From assembly GCF_018977255.1 (NCBI RefSeq), contig NW_024704742.1, positions 89,964,001-90,028,000 on the forward strand: a DNA stretch of 64,000 nt. The letters run 5' to 3'. The translations under genes were made by a program, and so were the position numbers. The stretch is from Callorhinchus milii (lineage: Eukaryota). Within the stretch, counting starts at the first letter, position 1. Each line of letters begins with the position of its first letter. The notes below the pieces were generated by a model. That model was not told where the DNA came from. It did no database searches and saw only the letters and a list, made by a program, of their open reading frames with translations. This document shows, piece by piece, positions 1 to 11,921 of this stretch.

Positions 1-291
1 AGTGGCCACGTGTTTTGAGACATCGTCCCAATGTGAAAGGTGCTATTTAAATGTAAATTGTACTAATACAATTGAATTATATTATAATCTCATTTAGAGT
101 ATTATGTACCTCTCCAAACTGATCTGACTGCGGATATGATGCAAGAACCTTTTGTTTTCTGGCTGGAAGGATACCTTTCAAAAGTCCGGTTTGAAACTCT
201 TAAGCCATGCATGTTTTTCAAAGGACTAAAATGGGTTTCAACTCCTGTTCAAATTGTATTCCGCAGAGGTTACATTTACGGACTTGTTAAT

Positions 292-310
292 GCACCACAA
301 GAGGGCACTA
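292..310 (+). promoter_or_regulatory. Candidate CTCF-binding site
   Basis: gcaCCACAAGAGGGCACTA matches the CTCF core consensus CCACCAG(A/G)GGGCGCTA with two tolerated substitutions, in non-repetitive sequence. Confidence 0.45.
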
Positions 311-1504
311 GAGTATTTTTGTTGCAGTCTCCTTCCTCATGTACTGTTGGCTGAACAATTGCTGAAACGGTTCATGTTCTATACTACTATTATATGCAAG
401 GGAAACTGTCATAGGCAAAGAGCTTGGATGGTGTTATCTCTGAAGCTCCTGCCCAAAGCTTCTGTGACATAAACTGGGTTTATCCAGGGTATCCCTTGCA
501 TGTCATGCAGAATTACGAGATTTCAGCTCTGTTGAGATCTCAGGTCCAAGCTGAGGTCAGGCAACGCTGTGGGACATACATGTCATTCCCTGTAGTAAAC
601 TCTGTTTACATTGAGGCTATTATTGCTGTCAGCCACGCAGCAGTTACAGATGCAGACAAAGAATTCTGTCATATTCCTTAAACATATTGCCTATACAACC
701 ATAGATCTCCTGCACAAGGACACACTCCCACAGTCTCTCAGCCCCCGCTATCTTTCTGTTCTACTGCTCCAATGTTTGGCCCAGTTTTCATAGTAGTTTC
801 CATCTGTTCTGATTACCTGCCCTTCATGATCACATGGTTCTGAATCTCCATCTCTCCTTTTTCCTCTCTGAGTATTAATTGTTTCCCTCTGGGGTCTATT
901 ACACGCCATGTGCAAACACATGTCTACAGTGGGAATTACAGTTGCCCTTAATTATGTAACTTACAACCACATTAAAATGGTTATTAATTATATAATAAAA
1001 TCCCTTTCACCCCTTGTTAATTGCATAATTAGGAGCATTTGTAATTTCCTCAGTGCACATGTATATACACAAGGTTAACACAAGCCACAGAATAGATGCC
1101 ACTGTCTGTTTTTTGTCCATTCTTGTCTATTTCTCTCAAATCAAGTGCCCCTTAGTTACTCGTGTTATCCTAAGAAAACTTTCTCTTCAACAGATGTCTC
1201 TTCTGATCCATTCTCTGGGAGTTGACGTCTAAGGTCAAGAATGACTGTATCAGTTCTTACAACATCAAGACCTAGTTAATGTTTTTTGGTGGACATTTGC
1301 CAACAAAATACACAATCAAATCACTTTACAGTAAATCCTATGAAGCGCTTTGTGATGTCTCGACAATGTAGTAAGACGCCATATCAAATGGAAGGATTAT
1401 CATTATTATTACTGTCTTAGAAAGAGCTGGCTGTCCACCGGGGCTTGAAAACTGCCATTGTACTGATGGAAATCATCCAAGCCACCCATCACCACAACCA
1501 CAAG

Positions 1505-2095
1505 ATCATAAGATCGCAAGATTGGTTCAGAAGAAACCCCTTCGGCCCATTTGTTCTTATCCTTCCAGAATATCCATCCTACCATCTTCCCAACACAACA
1601 TAAAGCCACTTTTTAAATGAATCCAGCATTCTGGTCTCAACTTCCCATTCTGCATACGTGTTCCAATCATTATTACTCTCTGGATAAATAATTATTTCCC
1701 GGTGTCTGTCCTGAAATTGGCCTTTGCAATTCTAAACCTATGTCCTCTTGTTTTGAGTAACCTAAAGTATTATTCTGTGTTTATTTTTTAATCTCATTTA
1801 AAATATTGTATTCTCATTTTCTCATTTAAAAATCCATAAACAACAACAATAACAAAGTTACATTTGTATAGCGCCTTTCACATCTTACAAAGCTGAAAAA
1901 GCCCCTGCTTGTGTGATTGTTCACAGCTCATTCCTCTAACACTGGGGATTATTCTCGTTACTCTTTTCTGCAAGTATCTCAGGCCAGAGCTAGCTCCTTA
2001 CACCACAATGACGAGAACTGCATGCAGTACTCTAGGTTCGGACTGACCAGACACTATTTACCTTGAGTATGATGTCTGAAGATCTTCACGCAACT
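1505..2095 (-). mobile_element. CR1 LINE 3' fragment, interrupted by a short tail insertion at about 1838-1888
   Basis: Minus strand encodes a relic resembling LVSPNLEYCMQF (CR1 LVRPHLEYCVQF). CR1-type 3' end near 1505. Confidence 0.75.
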
Positions 2096-2949
2096 GATCT
2101 GGCAATCTTTCCAAACCAGTCATAACTTTTTCTTTTTCATTTGCTTTTTCTTCCCTTCTATTCTCCTCCCCACCCACCCCGTCCAACTCACTAAAGTTTG
2201 AAATTTATGCTAATTTGTCTGAAAATTAATAAAAATACTTCTCCTGGGTTTGGAACCAAATCAAATGCATAAGAGAGATAGGAGGTGGCAGATACAATTT
2301 GCTATTGGGATATTCTCTCACTAAATGTACAGGGTCTGCTGAGAATGGCTTAAAATAAGGATTCAAACTAAATTATCTGCAAAAATAAAAGAAAACATAT
2401 GAAACAAATCACTTTCTATCCCTGCATCCCTGCTATCATGAGGAGAACATAGTGACAGAGAATGACAATCGTGGATAATCAAAATGACTCATCTAACACA
2501 GTAGGGAATCCCTAGCGATCTTCTGAGATTGGTGGTTGACTTGTATTTTGAGGCCAAATATAAGGTAATCCCTGGATCCCCATTGAAATGCACTCCACTG
2601 TATCTGACTGAGAAAACTTAAGGTTAACGCTGGGTGTGAAATGTAAGTAAATTTCTCATTCCCAACAATTTCCCCCCAATGATGACCCAAAGAAAAAAAA
2701 TCCCTTGGAAGAAAAATGAAGTTAAACTATAAGATTCGGTTAGAGCCATAGCATTAGGTCTCTAGGTGACTGAATCATAAAGAGAGGCTAATGCAAGTTA
2801 AGTTGTTCTCAGAGCTAAGAGACCAGAAGAAACATATCATATGATTATTCGACCAGGAAGGGAATGGATACGGAGAAACTAATTTTTGTTGAAGTTAGAA
2901 GAGGATAAAGAAACAGTGGGGTAAAGGCAAGGGAACATGAGCTGCTCTG

Positions 2950-3412
2950 CCTTCCCTCTGCAACATCGCCAGGCTCCGCCACTGCCTCTCCCCTCGGGCC
3001 GCCAAAACCCTCATCCACGCATTTATCACATCTAGACTCGACTACACCAACACCCTGCTTGTCAGCCTTCCCAACTCTTCCCTCCACACGCTGGAGATCA
3101 CCCAGAACTCTGCTGCTCATGTTCTCTCCCACACCAAACTCCGTGACCCTAACATCCCCACTGGCTTCCCATCCCCCAGAGGGTAGATTTGAAAATCCTT
3201 GTCCTTGCTTTCAAGGCCCTCCTTTGCCTCCTTCAAGGCACGTCAAGATTCTCTTCTTCAACCGCGCCTCCGGCCACCCTCCTACCCCTACCCTCCCTGC
3301 CCTTCACTCCTCCTGATCCCAACCCCTACTCTTGTCCAAATCCCTGACTGTCCAGCACTTTGGTACTTCCTCCTGAAGTGAAAGGCGTTATATAAATGTG
3401 ATATTGTGTTGT
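2950..3412 (+). mobile_element. L2-clade LINE 3' fragment
   Basis: Encodes NIARLRHCL...KTLIHAFITSRLDYTNTLL. Tail gtgaaaggcgttatataaatgtgatattgtgttgt. Confidence 0.88.
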
Positions 3413-3664
3413 AAGGGAACAATTCTCTAAATTTTAGAGTTGTTTCTAATGGGCTAAACCAGCACATGATTCCTGACAGGGATCAAAACAGTGTGGCAAC
3501 AAGATGAGAGTTGAAAACAATTTGCTGCTTCACACTATTAGTGTTAATTCACTGAGTAGTTTGGAGACTCACTCGCTCTCCTCAGACACATTGCAAACAT
3601 GGAACACCTTCTACTCTGGTCAGTCCTATTGCAGCCATAGAACAATTCATCCCTCTTTGTCATT

Positions 3665-3932
3665 CCCATAATAATAATAATTTTACCTTTGCCTATTTGC
3701 AAAGTCCAGGATGAAGCAATGAGTGGATTTGCGGCAACCATGGCAAGCAGCTGCAGGGAGGGAGGACTCAAAATGTCTCTTCCAAAGGACGGCACTTCCA
3801 ATGGTTCAGTACACCCCCATCATTGCAATGGAGTATCAGTCGAGACTGGGAACTCACAGGTCCTGACACAGGGCTTGAACCCACCACCTACTGACTTAGA
3901 GGTGAGAGTGCTATCAACTGAGTCAGCCTGAC
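3665..3932 (-). mobile_element. SINE head with a partial Deu domain joined to a different body
   Basis: Head ggctgactcagttgatagcactctcacctct...gggttcaagcc, then ggaagtgccgtcctttggaagagac. Confidence 0.65.
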
Positions 3933-3939
3933 ACCCATA

Positions 3940-4316
3940 ACAGGTGAGTTCAAGCTCCAAATTAGGACTCAGAATCGCATAGTCCAAGCTGACACTCCAA
4001 TCCAGTGCTAGGGTTGTGTTGTATTATCGGAGGTGCCGTCAGTTGGATGAAATGTTAAACCGAGGTACTGTCTATCTATTCAGGTGTATGTTAAAGATGC
4101 CATGGCAGTATTCCAAAAGGGAGCTTTTCCCGTTGTTCTGGCCAATAAGCCCACAAATAAATTTGGTCATTCACTTCATGTCTGTTCGTGGGACATTGGA
4201 GTGCACTCCTGACTGCTTTCTTTCGCTCACGAAATATACAGTGAAGCGATTTGAGAAGTCTCAATCACGTGAAAGGCATTATATCAAATGCAAGGATTAT
4301 TATTATTCATAATAAT
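3940..4316 (+). mobile_element. Deu-domain SINE (SacSINE1/AmnSINE-related)
   Basis: ggaggtgccgtcagttggatgaaatgttaaaccgagg...aagatgccatggca Deu-like core followed by the shared tail. Confidence 0.8.
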
Positions 4317-6460
4317 TAACTTGAAGATGCAGCACGGTGACGTGGCATGTTGGTACTCCAATATATTGTATGAAGGAGAGACAAAACATGNTTTTTTCAG
4401 GTTCCCTCCAATGGAGTTCTCAATCTTGAACTGTACTCTGTGGAGCGGTGCCGAGGAGAGCTCAAGCTCTCACTTTGTGAGGGAATGAAAACTAGAGAGC
4501 CAGCCAATACTAGGGTCACTCTGCCCCGCGACTTGAGTATTTGGCTACAAATTCAGAGATTGATTCAGGAGGCAAAAAAGAGAAGGGTAGTGTTACAAAA
4601 CCAAATTAGCCGTGGCAACGTTATAGCTTTGCAACACAGTCCTTAGTAACTGGAGTAATGCAGATCATGGACAGTCTGGTCACAGCAACATTCTACCGAG
4701 GAGACCTGTCTTGTCTGATGTCAGACCAGCCAGCCTAGCTCAGTTGCAGGAATTAAGACAGACTAATGACTGGGAGCAGGGATTTTTCCCATCAGCTCCT
4801 TTTAACCCTGTAAGCCAAAGCCCTAATGGGTAGGGTGGTCCTAGTTGGGAAAGCAGCGGGAAAGCTTGCCAGACAGTGGTCTTAATGGTAAGCTATGCAG
4901 TGTTAGCCAGTTAGATTTCAGCAATACCCAACGTACACTGTAAGGTCCCCAAACCCTAGCTCTTACCAACCTGTGCCTAGTACTATCTAGAATTAGGTAA
5001 GCACGATGGATCCCTCCAAGGTTTGCATTCCATTCCAGCTCTGAAATAAGACACACTCAACAATGTGTAGTCAGACTCGGGCGAGAAAATAATTTAAAAA
5101 ATTAATCCTTGCATTTGGTATAACACCTTTCACGTCAGAAGAATGTCTCAAAATGCTTCACAGGCTACAGTAAAGTATAGTGACTGTGAATTTTCAGGCG
5201 AATAAACTTGGTAAGCAAGCATGTGGCCTATGGTTTAGAGGGATGTTCTACAACTCAATTGGATGATCCGCACTTCAATCTAGTAAAGAAAATATGTTCC
5301 CAGTTACAGTCCTTACAAGTGTTGCTATCTGTTTTGCTCTGCCTCCTGAAGGAGTGACTCTTGCTGAGGCATGGTTGAGTCAAATTGCCATCCTTCAAGA
5401 ATGTCACCTTTAATGCCTCCTTCTTTGCACTCTCACCTCTGATGTTGACCCCAAAATAAAAGAGTGGTTGAAGATAAACAGAGCTAGTCAGACAGTGGGT
5501 TTTGTAGTTTTACTTTCCGGGGGGGAAAGAGGCAGTCACCCCAACTGATCCTCTTGTCACTTGACCTCTTGACTGAATTTTTGTCTCTCTACCTAAAGAA
5601 CACTAAGGCTGATTGTAACTCTCTTAACTCCACTCTGGTGAACTCAGGACATAGCAAACGAAAAATCTATTTCCCTTTTTTAAAAAAACAGCAGAGTTTG
5701 CTAAATCTCCCTTTATTATTGCCCTTTCTTTCGATTTAAAAACGTTGTTCAATAAAATGATAGTTTTTCACAGATGTCGGCTTAAATAAAGTGACAGTTC
5801 AGTTTCTCACGAGATATGAGGTTTGATCAACACATGTTTTGCATTATAACGGCTCATGAACACTCTTCATTTGAGCCACATACATCAGCCATTAAAAGTG
5901 ATGAAATATGACTTGGTTCTCCAACTGGAATACACAGTGGTACTGGGAATAGGAGTGTCAAAGTGACTGATGACATGCAGGAACAGTGCTACGTGCCTGT
6001 GCTTTTGTTTGGTTGGGGAAAGGTGGAGAGAGGGTGAAAACACTTGCCATTCACAGGTGAGTTCCTCATGCTACATATTAGGGGTAGAAGGCATCCAGGG
6101 AGAAGACTGAAGGTGCAGTGAAAGAGGTATATGTTTAGGAAGTGGCTAGCTCAAACTTTGCTCTCTCTCGCTTTCTCTCTATGTTCATTATCTTATCTAA
6201 TCCATTTGAAAGTCAAGTGAGGGAGTGCAAGCAGAGAGATTTAAGGAGATATTTTCAGAGCATGGGCAAGAACTGAAAACTTTGCACACAAAGTATACAG
6301 TCAATTCACTTTAAAGTATATTCTTTGAAGCACTTTGAGACATCTCAAAGACGTGATAAGGTGCTATATCAAATGCAAGGATTATTATTATTATAAGATG
6401 GCTCAAGACTCATCTAGTAACTGTAGGATTAAGCAAGCCTGAGTTATCAGAGCAATAAAT

Positions 6461-6720
6461 GGGGAGCAATTCCACTCGAGTCTAGATTTACTGTATTTTC
6501 CCAGCATTTCAGAGTGGGCAGAAGTTAGGAAATTGTTGAATTCCATTTTAATTTTGAAGCCAAGTTTCTGCAGTTTTTAAAAGAGCTTATAGAAAATCAA
6601 TTTCAAAATTAAGAATGTCAATTTATCAAATTCTGGGCACTCTGAAATGCTAAAAAAAACTAAAAAAAGTGCTAAAAAAAACTAAAAATTGCTAAATCTA
6701 GATCCAAGGTGGAGTTTCTT
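6461..6720. mobile_element. Palindromic MITE-like element
   Basis: Imperfect arms attccactcgagtctagatttactg...agcatttcagagtg and cactctgaaatgct...taaatctagatccaaggtggagtt. Confidence 0.7.
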
Positions 6721-7793
6721 CATACTGGTACATATTATATGATTGAGTTCTCTTAAGGATGTTTGGAACTTTAAACAACGGATACTTTCTGGTCCATGTT
6801 TTCAAATGAGTTAAATTATTCTACAAGGTTTTCTAGTGAAATTATACAACCAACATGAGTCTGAGTAATGGGAACAAAAATGTAAAATGAGCACCACATG
6901 AAGACGCAGACAGACACAGCTAGATTTATACAAAGCTTGGAAAATTGGTTATTCCTGTTTATATTAAGTCACAGTGCCAATGAAATCGAAAGTACAGTGA
7001 ACTACTATTGATATGATAATAACAATAATCCTTGCATTTTATCACATGCATTATCACGTCACTAAGCTGTCACAAAGCGCTTCACAGGATTTATTGTGAA
7101 GTGTAGTGACTGTGTATTTGAAGGCAAATGACAGAGTCACTTCATCTCACTATAAGTATATGAAGTATACAAATATGAATTAAATGGCTAAAAAAGTAAA
7201 GTTTTTCTGTACACTGGATTGACATGATTCTTTGGCTAAGGATCTAGATGGGGTCTTGCCAAACTCAAACACACAGCAGGAGATAATAGATTTATGAGTA
7301 TAATTTAGTAATTGGACAAGACCAGAGTTTACTTCCCATCAAATGTGACACATCACCATTACATAATGTCCCTTTGTAACATATGATTTCTCACTGTCAG
7401 CAATGAATAGGCTGTGAGCTGTGATGCTAAATCCATCACCGGTGAAACTTCTTTTCTCACCATGGATTTCACTGCTCTGAAGATTCAAGCCAGATGATCC
7501 AGCTCTCCAGACGCCAAAAAGGCAAACATCTCCCACGTTTACAATTCAATTTGACAAGTTTCCAGTTGTCTCATCAATCAAGTAATCAGTACATATAGTA
7601 CACATTATGTAATTGAGTCCGATCATGTATTAAGATCACTCCTCATGACATGTACTATTGTCATGAGAAAGCACCATCCATAAATCTTTGGAAATATTGT
7701 TTCCTTTGCATAAATGTAATAAAGATGTTCAGACAGTGACTTGCCCCCACTGTGATCAGAAACGACCCACATTAATTCAAAGAGCATCGTTAC

Positions 7794-7922
7794 CGTCTCC
7801 TTGGCATCTAATAGTGATGTTGGCTCCCAGGATGGCCTTCACAGTAGTCCCCACGTCCACGCTGATAGACGTTGAATTAGTGTTCACCAAATCATGTTTG
7901 GATCCTCTTATTACTGGCTTCG
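7794..7922 (-). CDS. ADAMTSL1: ADAMTSL1 internal exon, 129 bp: AKPVIRGSKHDLVNTNSTSISVDVGTTVKAILGANITIRCQGD
   Basis: Acceptor ttcatacag|CG, donor G|gtaacg. Start of the next Ig domain (NITIRC), in frame with the preceding exon. Confidence 0.94.
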
Positions 7923-9053
7923 CTGTATGAAGGAAAACAACTGGTTATTGAAATGCAACAGCTTAAGAACCAGGAAGGTTGAATTAAAATACTTGCTTCA
8001 TTGAGCAGAAAAAAAACAAGAAGACATCTCACTTATTTTACTAAACAATCTTTTTTTAAAAAAAAATCAATAGTTGCAGATTTAGCCATTGCTTACTGCT
8101 TCCTTTGTGGTCTTGTGAATCCAACCATAAAAATATTTGCTAATGAGCTTTCATGTCCCAAATGGACACAGTTTGGCCAACAATGAAAAAATGTACCTCA
8201 AAGTGGTGATGGATATCAATGGAAAACATTCAAATGAATTCTTTATTACATTTTGAAGAAGAAAAGATAGATTTTGTTATGCAACACATTCTAACAACAG
8301 TACAGCCTTGTTACCATATGATTCACTATAAATTCAATTGTAACTTTGCAGACCCCGCTCATTGCAACTGGTCTGTCCACTTCCTGTATGATTGCTACAT
8401 GCACATTAGCAGGAAGTGATGTTAACTGTGACCTAATGATTTGGATTTGGGGAATTTTACCTTCTTGTATTAAAAAACTCTGACTTCCAGGACATCAGGT
8501 GATCACCAATGTCAGTCCCCTCTTTGTGTCTGCACTCCCTACGTATCTGCTGATTGCGCATATGTGCAGTCAAACCCATTATCACTGTTCATTAAAATAC
8601 AGGTTGGGGATTTTAGAATACAAACACTGCATTACAATACAGGGTAGCCTTGTTATAACATGGTCCAATAACTCAGTATAAATAAGGCACAAAAAGATGG
8701 CTGACTTCTGAGTCGTCAGGTCATCGTTGACATCACTTCCTGCATACGCCTTGATGTCCCTTCCTTTATGAAGTAATATTAGCAATGCTTCATGCAGATA
8801 GAGTGCAAGAGCAATATGCAGGAAGTGTGTCAGTAGCGACCCAACAACTCAGTAGCTGACCATTGTTTAGCGCAGAAAACTGGCAAGTCAGCCTCAGAAG
8901 CCAGAGGACACCAGCGCTGCAAGTGAGGATGCACTATAGAAAGGGGATGTGGCATTATAATAGGGTTGCACTGTAACTTATAATGATATCCATTGTATTA
9001 TATGATAAAGGTAGATTTTATTATAAATGTACTCTTATACAATAGTAGCAAAC

Positions 9054-9181
9054 CTGTGACAACAACTGTAGAGGACAGAGAATCTGAGCCACCAGGATTG
9101 GTGGCCTTGCACGTGTAGATTCCAGCATCGGACTCACTTGGCACAAGAATTTGTAGGGCCTGATCTGGAAGAAGTTTTATT
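9054..9181 (-). CDS. ADAMTSL1: ADAMTSL1 internal exon, 128 bp: IKLLPDQALQILVPSESDAGIYTCKATNPGGSDSLSSTVVVT
   Basis: Acceptor ttttgtttgcag|A, donor G|gtttgc. DAGIYTC Ig F-strand motif completes the second Ig domain in frame. Confidence 0.95.
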
Positions 9182-10863
9182 CTGCAAACAAAAAAAAACA
9201 GTGAAAGTCCTAACTTGTCCTGTCTAAATCTACATCGGAGGCTTCAATAAATACAATCTGCGTATTGTTTAGTAGTGACGCATTGTTTTTGATATCCAAG
9301 GAAAAAAAGATGATTGTTTCTAAATTGACAGCATTTGTTTTACGATTGCCTAATGTTCTTTCCATGTCCCTTTCGATCTATTTTTATTTTATGTTACTGG
9401 TTCCCACATAACGTAACTGATCCTAATCTAGCTTCCCACTCTGAAAAATGGCTGACTTATCAGTCGTCAGATTGTTGGTTGATGTCATTGCCTGTATATG
9501 TTTTATTGTTAAATTTGGATACATTGGATAGCCTGAAACACATGAAAACCAAATTTATCTTTTGCTGCAGAGTAAAAATTTCCTTAAGCCAGCATAAGGC
9601 TGGAGGGACCCTTCATAGTGACAAAGCACATACATTTCTCCTAGAGAGATTACAGTCTTGTTTCTGCACTGAGCATCCTATACTGACCAGGTGCATTGTA
9701 ATTTTGCCAGGAAAAGTCAATGCACAGTCTACTCTGCACAATTTTGAAAGCAGAGCAAGCTATAAACAAATGGATTTCTGAAAAGTGTGTTTACTAGTTG
9801 GATGCCCAGGTATTAAAGTAGTATCATAGACATGACTAGCTCAATGTTTGAAGAGGTTGCTAAAGAAGTATATTTCTCAGAGATCCCTGGACTCAGCAGT
9901 AAATTCACCTGCAGCATTGCAAGTCTTAGAGTATTGTATTAATTGCACACTGAAGAAAAAAACTTCAGTCTTATGACAATCGAAGAGGGGAGGTAACACG
10001 TACAGTTAATACAGTAATTTTATAGAACATAATACAAAACCATATTTAGAATATAATTCACTCCAGTTTACTTTTCAACAGAGGAAGCAAGTTACAGACA
10101 AAGTCAACTATTTTGACATGTTAAGAATATCTGAAGGAGTAGACCATTGATCCATTCCAGGCAACCCATCTAATTTCACTTGCAACGTTTTAATAGTTGT
10201 CATGAAACTGGTATCTGCCAGTGTCCTCAGAGGGTTTGAAGTTATAACATTGTTCCTCGATCTTGCTGGAAGCCACTTGCACTGGAATATTTGGATGTCT
10301 GTGTCACAACAACTGCTGGCTTTCATTATTCTCCATTTCACTTTGTTGAGCTGGGCTGACACTGAGCACTCCCAAGTGACAGGTCAAGCAAACCTGAATG
10401 GAATTTGTGCAATAGCAGAAAACAAAGTATACTTGAGTTCCAGAAATTCTCACTTCCTTGCGGTGATACCAGTATGGTCGGGAGGCAATTCTTTAACACG
10501 TCACTGATCTCCAATCCCTGAGTCTGACTGCTCTGTGGTACTTAAAAAACAATCGTCCCAGAACAAGGACTTGCCTCTGGCCATATACATTACTCTTTTC
10601 AGGATGCAAAGATCTAAGAGTTTGCGTAACTTGTTTCGAAAATCTTGCATGGAAATCCTAGCAAAGTGTATCGGTGAAATTTCTGTAACAAAACTGAAAA
10701 ACTGGAACTGACATTTTCTGCCATCCTATCTCTAGTTGGTAAACCAATGCCTTATAATGTGGCCTACCAAATGTAAGGTTATGTAGAGGTAGGTTCTGGC
10801 TTTCATCATGTAGATTTATTTCGTTCATGCTTCTTCAAAGTACTGTGCTAGAAGCAACTTACT

Positions 10864-11050
10864 TAATAATAATAATAATAATCCTTGCATTTGATATAGC
10901 GCTTTTCATGTATTCTAGATGTCTCAAAGCACTTCACTGAATAGACTGTAAAGTGAACTGACTGTGTATTTGTGATGAAATGCGGCAGCCAACTGTGCAC
11001 AGTAGTGTCCCACAAACAGTAGTGGATTGAAATGACCAATTTATTATTGN
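10864..11050 (-). mobile_element. SINE 3' fragment, representative of many more (e.g. ~1285, 5100, 6283, 7014, 19800, 24405, 28848, 30905, 31278, 36466, 36925, 37672, 39558, 40890, 48288, 57995, 62322, 62684)
   Basis: Recurrent tail motif aaatgcaaggattattatt or its reverse complement aataataatccttgcattt. Confidence 0.8.
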
Positions 11051-11521
11051 TTTTTTTCTACTTAGGAGCGTTTTCTACAAGAGTTTGTGTTCTTTGTGTA
11101 GAAATGCTCCAAGTTTAGGCTCTGTTGTTGGAAGGTTGGCAAGAAAGATGTAATTCAATTAAAACAAGTTAAAATAAAACCTCACGCAATGCACGCACCA
11201 AGCACAACCCTATGTCATGCAGTGCCCCAAATGGCAAAGACCATGGAGAGAAAACTATGGGGAATCACACTTATTTGGTGCTGGTCAATACAAAACCAAC
11301 AAGGGAAAGTAAACGTTTTATGCTCTAGAGGTAGTTAGGTATAGCATTAGTCGGCCGTTGATTAGAATCTGAAACAGTACCAGAAGAGAAAGAATTTATG
11401 CCAAAAAGAAAATTGGAGCTGGTACCAGATATTACTACATGGTCCATTAACTCTAAATAAAGACCATTCAAATCTCAAGTTTCGCTCTTAAGAATAAAAT
11501 CTTTATTTGCCAGTTGACAAT

Positions 11522-11921
11522 GGTTTGCTGGAAATCTATTCGCTTGGTGGATCCATCACTGGTGGTTTAAGATGAGAAAAATAACTGAGTAATAAAACAG
11601 ACACACGTACACTTTATAAATTTGTACCTAACATCTCTACAGTTCAATTCTTGAATTTGCTTCAATTGTCCTTAATGACTGTACCACATGGATAGGAAAT
11701 GAAATGTTCAGCAGTATTTTAATTCTCAGCCAAATTACTGTGGCATCAGAGTTCTGCTGATTTGATTGTATTACTGTGTAATTATTCCATATACTTCAAC
11801 ACGAATATGTTATATTCTTCAGTTAATGAGCAGTGTTACTCGAATAAACATCATGAAAGCAGAGATGCTCTAAATAGTTAGGTTTGCTGGAAATCTATTA
11901 GCTTGGTGGATCCATCACCGG
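11522..11921 (+). repeat. 41-bp direct repeat pair (11522-11562 and 11881-11921)
   Basis: ggtttgctggaaatctattMgcttggtggatccatcacYgg, 2 mismatches. Confidence 0.9.

Noticed and set aside
3544..3801. Possible next ADAMTSL1 Ig exon (minus ORF with a GT site near 3686)
   Set aside because: No Ig W or YxC motifs, and it overlaps a SINE-like element. I found no convincing next exon in 1-7793, so it probably lies outside the window.
4391..4391. Ambiguous base n (also at 11050)
   Set aside because: Assembly ambiguity next to T homopolymers, not biology.
9335..9781. 148-aa plus-strand ORF
   Set aside because: Non-ATG start, no recognisable domain or splice structure, composition typical of random intron.
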